A DNA stretch of 52,901 nt from contig DATMYW010000030.1 in NCBI GenBank assembly GCA_035560715.1, positions 1 through 52,901 on the forward strand, in the 5' to 3' direction. The notes under the pieces are model-generated. The model was not told where the DNA came from and searched no databases. It was given only the letters and a program-made list of their open reading frames with translations. Source of the DNA: Candidatus Fimivivens sp. GTDB taxonomy: Bacteria > Patescibacteriota > Minisyncoccia > Moranbacterales > UBA1568. Below are positions 28,966 to 37,202 of this stretch, piece after piece; position 1 is the first letter of the stretch, and each line of letters opens with the position of its first letter. Position numbers and translations under genes: made by a program.

Positions 28966-29041
28966 CGTGATACTCGTCATCAAATAAAAACGACCGTCCA
29001 CGGGAATGTGAACGGTCTGTCTTGTCGGTGTCGTTGACGCC

Positions 29042-29350
29042 TCAGGATGCTGCGGACGCCTTTTTGAAATAATACCCGCTGAACTGGGCCGGCTGATCCC
29101 CAAGGGAAAATTCGATAATGGTCGCACCATCCATCGTCGTGAGCGTCACGCGCTGAGAATGCTTTGCGCACAATTGCGCGTAACCGTCCCCGAGAGTGTG
29201 AACCGTCCTGATCCGAAACGGGCCGGAGCCGTGTCTGGTGACGATCGCACGTAACCCGTTTCGCATACGATTGTGCCAGATGACGACGTCACCCTCCTTA
29301 AATACCGTTCCCTTGACCCTTTTCTTCTTCGAATGTTCTTGTTTTGACAT
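29042..29350 (-). CDS. hypothetical small basic protein
   Basis: 102-aa ORF. No motif recognised. Confidence 0.55.
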   Translation of the reverse strand: MSKQEHSKKKRVKGTVFKEGDVVIWHNRMRNGLRAIVTRHGSGPFRIRTVHTLGDGYAQLCAKHSQRVTLTTMDGATIIEFSLGDQPAQFSGYYFKKASAAS

Positions 29351-29486
29351 ATACCCCCCGTCCGTTTGGTTAACGAGCCACTCCCTTCATCCGACATTTT
29401 TGAAAACCGATGCTACCACGCCACTCACTCCCCGTCAACCGTTTGTACCGAATGACTTGCGGAAGCAGTGTTGCCTGCCCGCCTTT

Positions 29487-29537
29487 GGAGGGTACCTGCT
29501 CCGAAACGGTTTTTCTCGCTGCCAGGCCGGATACGTG
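29487..29537 (+). repeat. degenerate fragment of the hairpin element family (A0)
   Basis: Shares an exact 19-mer CCTGCTCCGAAACGGTTTT (plus CTC after one extra T) with copy A1, followed by GCCAGGCCGGATACGTG resembling A1 GCCAAACCGGATATGTA. Confidence 0.6.
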
Positions 29538-29596
29538 AAAAATATGGCTTCTGTCTGTGATACATGTGCCATAGGACCAATCACCTGGGACGATCG

Positions 29597-30349
29597 TCAT
29601 ATCGAAACGAGCGCGAACGCGTTCGAGAGATATCGCAGACATTCCTCCGGTGTCAGTACCTTGCTTTCCGCATCGATGCTCAGACCCGGATATCGGGAGG
29701 ACAGCTTTACCGCCTCCGTCAGGTCCGCGGGATCCGGACCGAGACCTCCCGCTACGGCGTGACCAAGCGACGGGAAGCGGCTCGTGAATTGCCATAGGAG
29801 CGCTCCCGCTTCCTTTGGGTCAAACGGCTTCCCGGTACCCCCGCTCGGATCGAACATCACGGAGTCTACCAGGTCCGCATAACAGCCGATCCGCTCCATA
29901 AGACCGGATACGCCATCGACCGTCCTCATTGTTTCCTTTCCTATCTGGAGCACCAGATGCTTTTCCGGATGTCGCCACTTGAACGCTTCAAGATGATCAA
30001 TGGGCGGCCAGGCGATATTGAGTTGGAACCCGTCAAGCCCCGGTCCCGCGATCGCGACCAGTTCCTGCAGTTGAATGTTGAGCGACTCCGTTCTGGCAGC
30101 TCCGTAGTGAATCAGCGTGAGCAGTCGATGATCAGAAATGCAGGCCTCCCTGAGCGCTTCCCGCGTCGTATACCGCTCGAAACATACGTTCGACGATTCC
30201 TGCTGTGACGACTCCGGCCCCACGAGCAGTCCGACCATGAGCCGGTATGCCGACCCTTCCGGCATCAAGGCAAGCGCCTCCCGGATCAGGTCCGGCGTCC
30301 ATGGTCCCGTCCGTCCGATGTACGGGCCGATTTTTTTCTCTCTTGTCAT
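29597..30349 (-). CDS. phosphoribosylanthranilate isomerase-like (TrpF-type) TIM-barrel protein
   Basis: DSVMFDPSGGTGKPFD and AVAGGLGPD resemble the TrpF phosphate-binding motifs. No other trp genes in the window. Confidence 0.6.
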   Translation of the reverse strand: MTREKKIGPYIGRTGPWTPDLIREALALMPEGSAYRLMVGLLVGPESSQQESSNVCFERYTTREALREACISDHRLLTLIHYGAARTESLNIQLQELVAIAGPGLDGFQLNIAWPPIDHLEAFKWRHPEKHLVLQIGKETMRTVDGVSGLMERIGCYADLVDSVMFDPSGGTGKPFDPKEAGALLWQFTSRFPSLGHAVAGGLGPDPADLTEAVKLSSRYPGLSIDAESKVLTPEECLRYLSNAFALVSI

Positions 30350-30569
30350 GTCCTCCCCCCCCTTCTTCGTCTGATGTTAATAAGCCGATACCGTCCACCA
30401 CGGACAGCCCGTCATTTTCCCGCACCCGAGGGAAAAAATCAAGTGCAAAGAAAGGCGCCGGTTTTCCGCAAGGATGGGCGGATTGACACGTCGCTTGTCC
30501 GCATGCTTCAGTACTCAAGCCAGGTTACAATATACGGTTCACTGACAACAAACAAAGACGGAGAATGCC

Positions 30570-30908
30570 ATGTCGGAACAAGTCACAAGCAAGATCGGCC
30601 CGTTTATCGAATGTCTGAGAAACGATCTCGACGGGAAATACCGCATCATAAGCGTCGGGAAGGAAAACGGTTTTGCCACGTACACCCTGCAAAACCGGAA
30701 GGGTCCTGTCGTCATAGACATTCCGGACACCGTGGTCCGATTCGAAGGAACCGGTTCCATCGCGGAATGTCCGACGGACGAGCTGCGAAAATACGTACTG
30801 GAAGCCTTCAAAAACGGACAGTGGAAGCTCGCCGTCATTCGCCCTCCGAAACCGGACGAACTCGAAGAAATCGACGGGCCTCCTCATGGTACCTCGACCT
30901 TCCGCTGA
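30570..30908 (+). CDS. hypothetical protein
   Basis: 112-aa ORF followed by a terminator. Confidence 0.6.
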   Translation: MSEQVTSKIGPFIECLRNDLDGKYRIISVGKENGFATYTLQNRKGPVVIDIPDTVVRFEGTGSIAECPTDELRKYVLEAFKNGQWKLAVIRPPKPDELEEIDGPPHGTSTFR

Positions 30909-30941
30909 CAAGACCGCGATTCAATCCGCGCGCAAACGAAC

Positions 30942-30975
30942 GAAGCCGCCCGAACCGGACGGCTTCTTCTTTTTG
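30942..30975. terminator. bidirectional terminator between 30570..30908 and the LysE gene
   Basis: GAAGCCG-N11-CGGCTTC followed by TTCTTTTT. Confidence 0.7.
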
Positions 30976-30992
30976 TCCGCGGCGGGAACCGT

Positions 30993-31604
30993 TCACCCGA
31001 GGAAATACTCCAGGCCCGACACGGCGGAGCGGATCGCAAAGAGGACGAGCAGGAGCGCGAGGAATTTATAGGTGAGCGAGACGAGCCCCTTACGATGAAG
31101 CAGATCGCGGAAGCGCGAGAAGACAAACGCGAGCCCAACCATCGCGGCAAGCCAGCCCATTTCGAACACGAGGAGGAACAGGAAATGCCCCGCGGGGAGC
31201 ATCACGTCGAGCGAAAACGCCCGCGGTACGGCAATCGTGATCCAGAAGATCCAGAATCCGCCGTTGAGCACCGTAAGCAGCATGATCTTCCGGAACGGAA
31301 AAACTTCGCCGCCTTCCTCCGGTACCGCGGAGATATGCCAGACCTGCCATGCAAGCCACAAAAGCACGACTGCCCCGACAAGCGAGACAAGATGAAACAC
31401 CGACTCCGGGACGGACAGCCAGGAGAAGGCCAGGAGTACGAAGAGCGCGACGACCGACTCCGCGACCAGCGCGCGGAAAACGACGCGCAGGCTCCGCACG
31501 AACCCGCGCCCGAGCACCTCGGCGAAGACCGACGCCATCATCGGTCCGGGCACCGCCCCGCCCACCAGCCCGAGGAGGAACGTTTCGAGAAGGAGATTGA
31601 ACAT
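30993..31604 (-). CDS. LysE/RhtB-family amino-acid exporter
   Basis: 203 aa, about six TM helices, N-terminal FLLGLVGGAVPGP motif. Confidence 0.75.
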   Translation of the reverse strand: MFNLLLETFLLGLVGGAVPGPMMASVFAEVLGRGFVRSLRVVFRALVAESVVALFVLLAFSWLSVPESVFHLVSLVGAVVLLWLAWQVWHISAVPEEGGEVFPFRKIMLLTVLNGGFWIFWITIAVPRAFSLDVMLPAGHFLFLLVFEMGWLAAMVGLAFVFSRFRDLLHRKGLVSLTYKFLALLLVLFAIRSAVSGLEYFLG

Positions 31605-31613
31605 ATCCGTTTC

Positions 31614-32222
31614 CTATTTCTTCCGCAAGGCAAGCGTGAACCAGTCCTGACCGCGGAGCGATTGCCGATTCTCGTAAACCGCCTCGTAGCCGATACCGGC
31701 AAGCTCCCGGATAAGGTCGGGCGTATAGAAATAGAAGATCCGGGTCCCGAACTCGTCGGTACGCGTGTGTCCTTCTTCCGGATACTCCCCTTCCTTGAGC
31801 GAGAGATAGAAGATGCCGCCCGGCACAAGCGCCGCATGCGCCCGGGCGAGGATATCCGCAACACGCTCCCGGTCGGAATGAAGAAGCGACGCGAACGCGA
31901 CAACCGCATCGAGTCCTTCCGGGAATCCGTAGGTCTCGATATCGGCAACCTCGAACTTCGCCTCCGGAAACGCCTCCCTCGCCATCCGTATGAACTCCCC
32001 GGATACGTCCACACCGACATATCGGTCCGTCCTCAGGAGGAATTCCGCCACCTCTCGTCCGTGCCCGCAGCCGATCTCAAGGACGAAGGGATGTTCCTTC
32101 CCGACCAATCCGAAGACCCGCTCCACGTCGTCGACACGCGTGCCGATTCCATCGAACTTCCGCGCCATCTCCCGCGCAGCCCGCTCGTACGTCTCGATGG
32201 TCTCTCGTTTCCGGTCGGTCAT
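31614..32222 (-). CDS. class I SAM-dependent methyltransferase
   Basis: Motif I VLEIGCGHGR. Post-I acidic residue VGVDVS. Confidence 0.8.
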   Translation of the reverse strand: MTDRKRETIETYERAAREMARKFDGIGTRVDDVERVFGLVGKEHPFVLEIGCGHGREVAEFLLRTDRYVGVDVSGEFIRMAREAFPEAKFEVADIETYGFPEGLDAVVAFASLLHSDRERVADILARAHAALVPGGIFYLSLKEGEYPEEGHTRTDEFGTRIFYFYTPDLIRELAGIGYEAVYENRQSLRGQDWFTLALRKK

Positions 32223-32713
32223 GAAATAATACTCCTCACGAAATTCACAAAGTAGTCTTTCAAGTTAATCACTATCCGTAACACTACGTCACTATGCTCG
32301 ATAATCAAAACAAAAGCAGCGACAAAAAGAATCAGCAATGACTTTTCCCCGAGAAAACTTATCAGTCTTTTCACTTGTATCAAACAATTGGGAAATACTT
32401 TCCTATAATATCCGGATCTGTATACATCTCTCATTAAAATAATTCCCACAAAAAAACCAAAAGAAGCAATCGCATACAGGGCTAATAACCCGGCATCATG
32501 ATCAGTAACACCTGTTTCTTTCTTGCTAAACGCTACTATCCCATACAAAGAAAACAGTAATATCAAGGTTATTCTCGATATAGGAGCCTTATTTAACTCT
32601 GAGGCAGCCTTGTCAAAATTATCTTTCACAAGATCATAAGGAACTCCCGAAGTCGAGGCTTCGGGCTGTTTTTCTGTCTGTTTAACTATCTTATAGTCAA
32701 TGCTTGTAGACAT
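32219..32713 (-). CDS. AT-rich gene for a three-TM membrane protein
   Basis: 164-aa ORF. Its stop overlaps the methyltransferase start (ATGA at 32222..32219). Local G+C is about 32-42% by hand count. Confidence 0.7.
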   Translation of the reverse strand: MSTSIDYKIVKQTEKQPEASTSGVPYDLVKDNFDKAASELNKAPISRITLILLFSLYGIVAFSKKETGVTDHDAGLLALYAIASFGFFVGIILMRDVYRSGYYRKVFPNCLIQVKRLISFLGEKSLLILFVAAFVLIIEHSDVVLRIVINLKDYFVNFVRSIIS

Positions 32714-32725
32714 AAAAATACCAGA

Positions 32726-33127
32726 CTAACTCACTTTCACAATAATAGGAATCTCCTCGATTTTCTCACCATTAATCTCTATATCTACAGCATAATTTCC
32801 TGAGACTTCGAATTTCGTATCGTTGAGTTGCAATATCATCCCTAGATCTACGCTTCCAGTAGGACTTTTCTCGACACCAGCAATAACAGGAGGCAAATCA
32901 AGAATAACCCCGCCGGTGTCCTTATTCACTAAACTTATCTTCTGGGTATACTGCTTCTCGCTTGGAACGCTTATATTTGTCACAACAAACATCTGTCGAT
33001 GTACTGGGACTTCATCTCCAGACTTCTGTAAATTTATATTTTTGAAAACTCCGATTACATTTAACTTCCCCGCATCACCTGTAAATGCATAGTCGCAAAC
33101 CAAGGCGATATTAACTTTGTACTCCAT
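32726..33127 (-). CDS. AT-rich gene for a small beta-rich hypothetical protein
   Basis: 133-aa ORF, 10 nt after the protease stop and 12 nt before the next gene. Confidence 0.7.
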   Translation of the reverse strand: MEYKVNIALVCDYAFTGDAGKLNVIGVFKNINLQKSGDEVPVHRQMFVVTNISVPSEKQYTQKISLVNKDTGGVILDLPPVIAGVEKSPTGSVDLGMILQLNDTKFEVSGNYAVDIEINGEKIEEIPIIVKVS

Positions 33128-33137
33128 AATATTTTTC

Positions 33138-34163
33138 TTACTTCCACCCCTGATTGACGATACGGAACGAGACCTGCTCCTGCTGGACGTTCACGATCCC
33201 CTGCGGGGTCTGCTGCGGGACGACCTGCTGGGTCTTCTTGAACTCCATACGGATCTCGAACCGGTTCGATTTTTCCGCGCTTTCAATTGCTGCGATCACA
33301 TAGTCTTTCTTGTTCTCAGCGCGGAACTCGCCACACTCGGCCTCGGGACTCCACTGCCCGTGGAGAACCATCTCGTCGCGATACGACTCGTAGAGCGAGG
33401 TGAGGAGCGTCGCGAGTTCTCCCTCGGCATACGAGACTGTCTTTATGCCAAGGTCTTCCTTGGCCTCGCGCCGACCGATGACATACTGGTGAGAGTAGAG
33501 TTTCTCGGTCAGGGTATCGATGATGCCGTCGATCGCCTTCTCGTCGAGCTTGGTCTGATGGCTGCCGAGGAGTCGCTTGGCGAGCAGTCGGATAAGCTTA
33601 TACGTGCGGTTCACATTGCCGAGTGCGAGTGGATGCACCGACGGCGTGCTATCGGCAAGCTTGTTGAAGATCTTGGTCAGTTCCTCGTCGCCCTTGATGC
33701 CGACACCTTCTTTCGCAAGGTCGAAGTACGCCATCACCTCCTCGACCGAAATCGGGATCCTGGCCTGCGGGTTCTGCGGATCGGCCGGATTGAAGACGTT
33801 CGCCGTCGAAGGGTCGATCGGGGTCAGCTCGCCCATGTCCGTCATCACGATCTCATCGGCGCCGAGCGCGATCATCGTCGCGGCGCTGTGCGCCTTGTAC
33901 GGCACGAGGACCGAAAAGGTATCGCAGTATTCGCGGATCATGGAGACGAGTCGCCATGGCACCATCGTGTCCCCACCCGCGCTGAACAGGACGAGATCGA
34001 TCTTCGGCACCTTGCCGATCGTGCGGAGCTGCTCACTCATCAGAGGAATCACGTCCATCGCGATCTTGGCACTCACCGGGCCCTGCCGGTCACTCGTCAC
34101 ATACGTAATCACCTTCGACCCTCGGGCCGATTCGATTTTTTTGAAAAGTTCGCTGCGTTCCAT
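33138..34163 (-). CDS. SDH-family Clp-fold serine protease
   Basis: VITYVTSDRQG, LVLFSAGGD, VPYKAHSAATMIALGADEIVM. Start moved to ATG 34163 because the ORF extension to 34319 runs through repeat A1. Confidence 0.75.
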   Translation of the reverse strand: MERSELFKKIESARGSKVITYVTSDRQGPVSAKIAMDVIPLMSEQLRTIGKVPKIDLVLFSAGGDTMVPWRLVSMIREYCDTFSVLVPYKAHSAATMIALGADEIVMTDMGELTPIDPSTANVFNPADPQNPQARIPISVEEVMAYFDLAKEGVGIKGDEELTKIFNKLADSTPSVHPLALGNVNRTYKLIRLLAKRLLGSHQTKLDEKAIDGIIDTLTEKLYSHQYVIGRREAKEDLGIKTVSYAEGELATLLTSLYESYRDEMVLHGQWSPEAECGEFRAENKKDYVIAAIESAEKSNRFEIRMEFKKTQQVVPQQTPQGIVNVQQEQVSFRIVNQGWK

Positions 34164-34194
34164 ATTTTTGGTTCGAATGTATTTCAACACCGTC

Positions 34195-34223
34195 ATCATA
34201 CACCCGAAAAACCCTTTTGTAAA
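34195..34223 (-). promoter_or_regulatory. promoter of the protease operon
   Basis: Minus strand TTTACA, 17 nt, TATGAT. Confidence 0.55.
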
Positions 34224-34268
34224 GCCTTCAAGCATCGCTACATGTCGATTACCTCCCCCACGAAACAC

Positions 34269-34431
34269 TTTGCAGGAGCAGGGTAGTCCCTGCTCCGAAA
34301 CGGTTTTCTCCCTTGCCAAGCCGCAGCCTTGGCGAAGGCTGGTTTGCCAAACCGGATATGTAACATCGATCGTAAACCATGTGGTTCAGGGTGCCCTCCA
34401 CGGGCGGGCAGGCAATCCTGAACCTGCGAGA
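34269..34431 (+). repeat. MITE-like hairpin element, copy A1 (163 nt)
   Basis: 5' hairpin GGAGCAGGG-TAGT-CCCTGCTCC, central GCCAAGCC...GGCTGG hairpin, 3' hairpin GGTTCAGG-N26-CCTGAACC, ends CTGCGAG. Confidence 0.85.
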
Positions 34432-34474
34432 AAACTACGAGAAGTATCCCTCATCCAAGCCTTTCCCCTGACGA

Positions 34475-34503
34475 TTGACTTATTTTCAAAAAAATGTTAT
34501 TTT
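34475..34503 (+). promoter_or_regulatory. cassette 1 promoter
   Basis: Box CTCATCCAAGCCTTTCC at 34450, then TTGACT, 17 nt, TATTTT. Confidence 0.5.
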
Positions 34504-34567
34504 TTCCAGTCGGTCAGCAGATCATTTCCAACAAACAAACGAGGCAAAACGCCGAAGGATCACCAAC

Positions 34568-35182
34568 ATGAACATCTATGAAATACTCGGATTAAAACTC
34601 CCTGTTCGGAATCGTTTCTCGTATATAAAGATGAGCGGGCCAATGAAGGTACTCGCCAGATACGAGACATCCAACGCATACGGCTTCGTAGTCCAAGAAG
34701 GCGTCCAAAGAAACATCATCGACATCCGGATTCCGAAAGATCTCGTGAAAGAACCAGTGGGAACGATCGACATGATCACGGTTACCTGGGAAAAGGATCA
34801 CGCCTTCATAGCGCCGCTTCAAAATTCCGACGCAAGGGAAGCTGATTATGGCAAACCGTTCTACCTTGATGGACCCCTTCAGGGTATGGCCGTACGATGC
34901 TTCACGATGCGAAACGATCACAGCGCCCCGCATGTGGCAGTTCCGATAGGCCAGCCACTTCCTCTCCTGTCCGCTTTCGAAGACGCCGGAGATCGACTCG
35001 TACTGATCAAAATGGATGACAACGGGCACGCGATCAAGAAAATGTCTCCGCTGACGGAATACAGCACAACCCCATGGGAAGAAATTCTCCTGAATCCATC
35101 GGGGTTTCGACTCCAGGTAGACGAAAGGTACGATACCGAAAACAAGGCCTTCCGTTTTTCCGAAAAACTTTCCAAAGAATGA
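34568..35182 (+). CDS. hypothetical protein (cassette 1)
   Basis: In-frame ATG 34568 (MNIYEILG...) with GAAGGA 9 nt upstream. The ORF-track start 34475 is the TTG of the -35 box. Confidence 0.65.
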   Translation: MNIYEILGLKLPVRNRFSYIKMSGPMKVLARYETSNAYGFVVQEGVQRNIIDIRIPKDLVKEPVGTIDMITVTWEKDHAFIAPLQNSDAREADYGKPFYLDGPLQGMAVRCFTMRNDHSAPHVAVPIGQPLPLLSAFEDAGDRLVLIKMDDNGHAIKKMSPLTEYSTTPWEEILLNPSGFRLQVDERYDTENKAFRFSEKLSKE

Positions 35183-35206
35183 ATCTTCCTCGGACACACG
35201 GTTCAG

Positions 35207-35252
35207 GGACGTTCTCTCGCATGTTAAGGCGAGGAACGTCCTTTATTATTTT
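35207..35252 (+). terminator. cassette 1 terminator
   Basis: GGACGTTCTCTCGC-N8-GCGAGGAACGTCC followed by TTTATTATTTT. Confidence 0.65.
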
Positions 35253-35444
35253 CAGCGAGCAAAAAACCACATGCGCGATATTTCATTGCATGAGATTTCT
35301 CGTGTAATGTGATCCATCCGTCATCGTCCGCATGAATATGCCGCGCACATAATCGTTTGTGCGATTCATTGCGTCATTTCCAAAGAGCGGATACTCGCGA
35401 CAAAACGCGCAAACTCTCACCTCATCCAAGCCCTTTCCGAACCG

Positions 35445-35473
35445 TTGACAGGAAATTAGTTCTTTGCTATAAT
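35445..35473 (+). promoter_or_regulatory. cassette 2 promoter
   Basis: Box CTCATCCAAGCCCTTTCCGA at 35421, then TTGACA, 17 nt (GGAAATTAGTTCTTTGC), TATAAT. Confidence 0.7.
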
Positions 35474-35506
35474 ATGTCGTTATCAGTGAGTTGTTTTACA
35501 ATGGTT

Positions 35507-35552
35507 GGTCATAGCCAAAAAAAGTTCATCCGGACTCTTTCTGGCTATGACC
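35507..35552 (+). promoter_or_regulatory. long perfect hairpin in the cassette 2 leader
   Basis: GGTCATAGCCA-N24-TGGCTATGACC, no following T-run, inside the 150-nt leader. Confidence 0.5.
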
Positions 35553-35623
35553 AAGAAAAAAGGTCTTAGTTCCGCCTCGGATGAGAGGAAACACAACCGC
35601 GCGACTGAGCGCAGGAGGCAATT

Positions 35624-36334
35624 ATGTCAGACAATATAAGAGATCCGTTCTATATCTCGAGAGTCTATCCAGGCGAATTAAACGCCCTGGTAAAGCACAT
35701 GATGCAACAGATGGGAACCAATGATCCGAATGAGGCGGTGAAGGGCATCAATAGCGGTGCGTATGCCGTTACAAAGGCACTCCCGTATTCCAAAGCCGAT
35801 GGTGTGCTCGCCATCGAACTCAGGTCGGATGGAACGACTGGGCCCGAGTGGATTCGTAAATGGAGAATGCGCGGCTACAAAGTCCCTGACAGGATACAAG
35901 AGCGTCTGTTGTCGCCTTCGTTCGAACCGACAAATGGCGTTACGTATCGCGTCGTGATTGTCTCCGAATCTGCGATTCTCATAAATCTGGGTACATGGAA
36001 CTCGACCTCGTCGGAGATCGGTTTCTCGGAAATTCTTGAGGAGGCCGGCAGGCGGAATCTCTCGATGATTGAGAACGAGGAAATCCCCTTCCTTCTCATG
36101 GAACGATTCACGAAAGGCCAGTACGAAAAAATGGGGTTTAAAGACATTGTCGTTCCTACACTGATCCCGGGTCCAATACCGACGATAAATGACCAGGAAG
36201 CTCAGTCATACGCGACATATCTGGAAACCTTCTACTACTTCGGTCGATTTTCACGGATCGAGGCGCTCGAATCAGCGATCTTCCAAAGAAATAGTGCTCG
36301 CGGCTATGCGCTCATCGAACGCAGCGAGTCATGA
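35624..36334 (+). CDS. hypothetical protein (cassette 2)
   Basis: 236-aa ORF. AGGAGG lies 6 nt before the ATG. Confidence 0.7.
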   Translation: MSDNIRDPFYISRVYPGELNALVKHMMQQMGTNDPNEAVKGINSGAYAVTKALPYSKADGVLAIELRSDGTTGPEWIRKWRMRGYKVPDRIQERLLSPSFEPTNGVTYRVVIVSESAILINLGTWNSTSSEIGFSEILEEAGRRNLSMIENEEIPFLLMERFTKGQYEKMGFKDIVVPTLIPGPIPTINDQEAQSYATYLETFYYFGRFSRIEALESAIFQRNSARGYALIERSES

Positions 36335-36355
36335 TCAGGATACGATGAGACACAG

Positions 36356-36383
36356 AAAAAGGGATCTCCAACGAGGTCCCTTT
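36356..36383 (+). terminator. cassette 2 terminator
   Basis: AAAAA-GGGATC-N8-GGTCCC-TTT, then stub CTCATTTCTCATCCAAC. Confidence 0.55.
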
Positions 36384-36400
36384 CTCATTTCTCATCCAAC

Positions 36401-36545
36401 TTTTGCAGGAGCAGGGTAGTCCCTGCTCCACACAGTTGTTCTCCCTTGCCAAGCCGTAGCCGTGGCGAAGGCTGGCGTGCCAAGCCGAATTCATAATATC
36501 GATCGTAAACCGCATGGTTCAGGGTGCAACCCTGAACCTGCGAGA
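36401..36545 (+). repeat. MITE-like hairpin element, copy A2 (145 nt)
   Basis: Same three-hairpin layout. 3' hairpin GGTTCAGGGT-GCA-ACCCTGAACC. Confidence 0.85.
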
Positions 36546-36560
36546 GGATACTCCCGCTCG

Positions 36561-36589
36561 TTGACACCCCCCTCCGGACCTGGTACGCT
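36561..36589 (+). promoter_or_regulatory. cassette 3 promoter (P2 type)
   Basis: TTGACA, 17 nt, TACGCT. A TACAAT at 36605 is an alternative -10. Confidence 0.45.
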
Positions 36590-36654
36590 GCCGAGAAGTG
36601 CTTTTTACAATCCGCATCAATCACCCGAAACCCTCTTAACGCGAAGGAGGCACC

Positions 36655-37095
36655 ATGCCACAAAACCTCATGAAAATTCAGATGTACGTTCCTGAAGGGT
36701 TCTCGACGATCAAGTCCGCACTCGATCGGTCGTTCGAGAAAGCCGGGTATCGGCTCGAAATGTGTACCGCCGAGGCGAAACCGCCATCGACCGATCCAAT
36801 AACGCTCGCGGTTCGGATGATCCCCGACGATTTCGGAGCGATTGCCGCCGGCCTCGCAATCATCGTTTCAGAAGAACCGGGCGGGCGGACGAAACTGGAC
36901 TGTGGGCTCGCGATACGAAAATACGACGATAATACGCATCGGGTGAATGCCCAGTTCGGTAATTTCTCTGTTGCCACCACATCGGACGAAATCGCTGGCC
37001 ATCGCATCTATGGCGGGGCATACGTCACGAAACTTGAGAAGGATCTGGACGCACTCATCCAGCAAATCCTGCCGCGGCGCCCCGTTCGCGCGTAA
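36655..37095 (+). CDS. hypothetical protein (cassette 3)
   Basis: 146-aa ORF. AAGGAGG lies 5 nt before the ATG. Confidence 0.7.
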   Translation: MPQNLMKIQMYVPEGFSTIKSALDRSFEKAGYRLEMCTAEAKPPSTDPITLAVRMIPDDFGAIAAGLAIIVSEEPGGRTKLDCGLAIRKYDDNTHRVNAQFGNFSVATTSDEIAGHRIYGGAYVTKLEKDLDALIQQILPRRPVRA

Positions 37096-37119
37096 CGACT
37101 GAAAAAAATACCCGATTAC

Positions 37120-37152
37120 CCGGCATGCGGCCCAACGCATGTCGGTTTTTTT
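37120..37152 (+). terminator. cassette 3 terminator
   Basis: CCGGCATGCG-N6-CGCATGTCGG followed by TTTTTTT. Confidence 0.8.
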
Positions 37153-37173
37153 GCCAAAAATCGATTCCCTTCG

Positions 37174-37202
37174 TTGACGCCCCCTTCCGGACCTGGTACG
37201 CT
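37174..37202 (+). promoter_or_regulatory. cassette 4 promoter (P2 type)
   Basis: TTGACG, 17 nt, TACGCT. Near-duplicate of 36561..36589 and its leader. Confidence 0.45.

Noticed and set aside
34164-34319. N-terminal extension of the protease ORF. Similar extensions: 34475..34567, 37125..37268, 41177..41224, 27295..27342, 27954..28124
   Set aside because: The extensions read through repeat A1 or through promoter/leader modules. Internal ATGs fit the conserved family starts, SDs or signal peptides better.
35201-35210. GGTTCAGGGA near the cassette 1 terminator as another hairpin-element end
   Set aside because: Only a 9-10-nt match to the element's 3' hairpin arm. The surrounding sequence forms an unrelated terminator stem.
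36385-36663. Short ORFs translating the hairpin elements (also 37230..38315 minus, 38123..38440, 38233..38454, 38247..38546)
   Set aside because: Their similarity to each other (PSPRLRLGKG...) simply reflects the repeated DNA element. Indels between copies break the frames.
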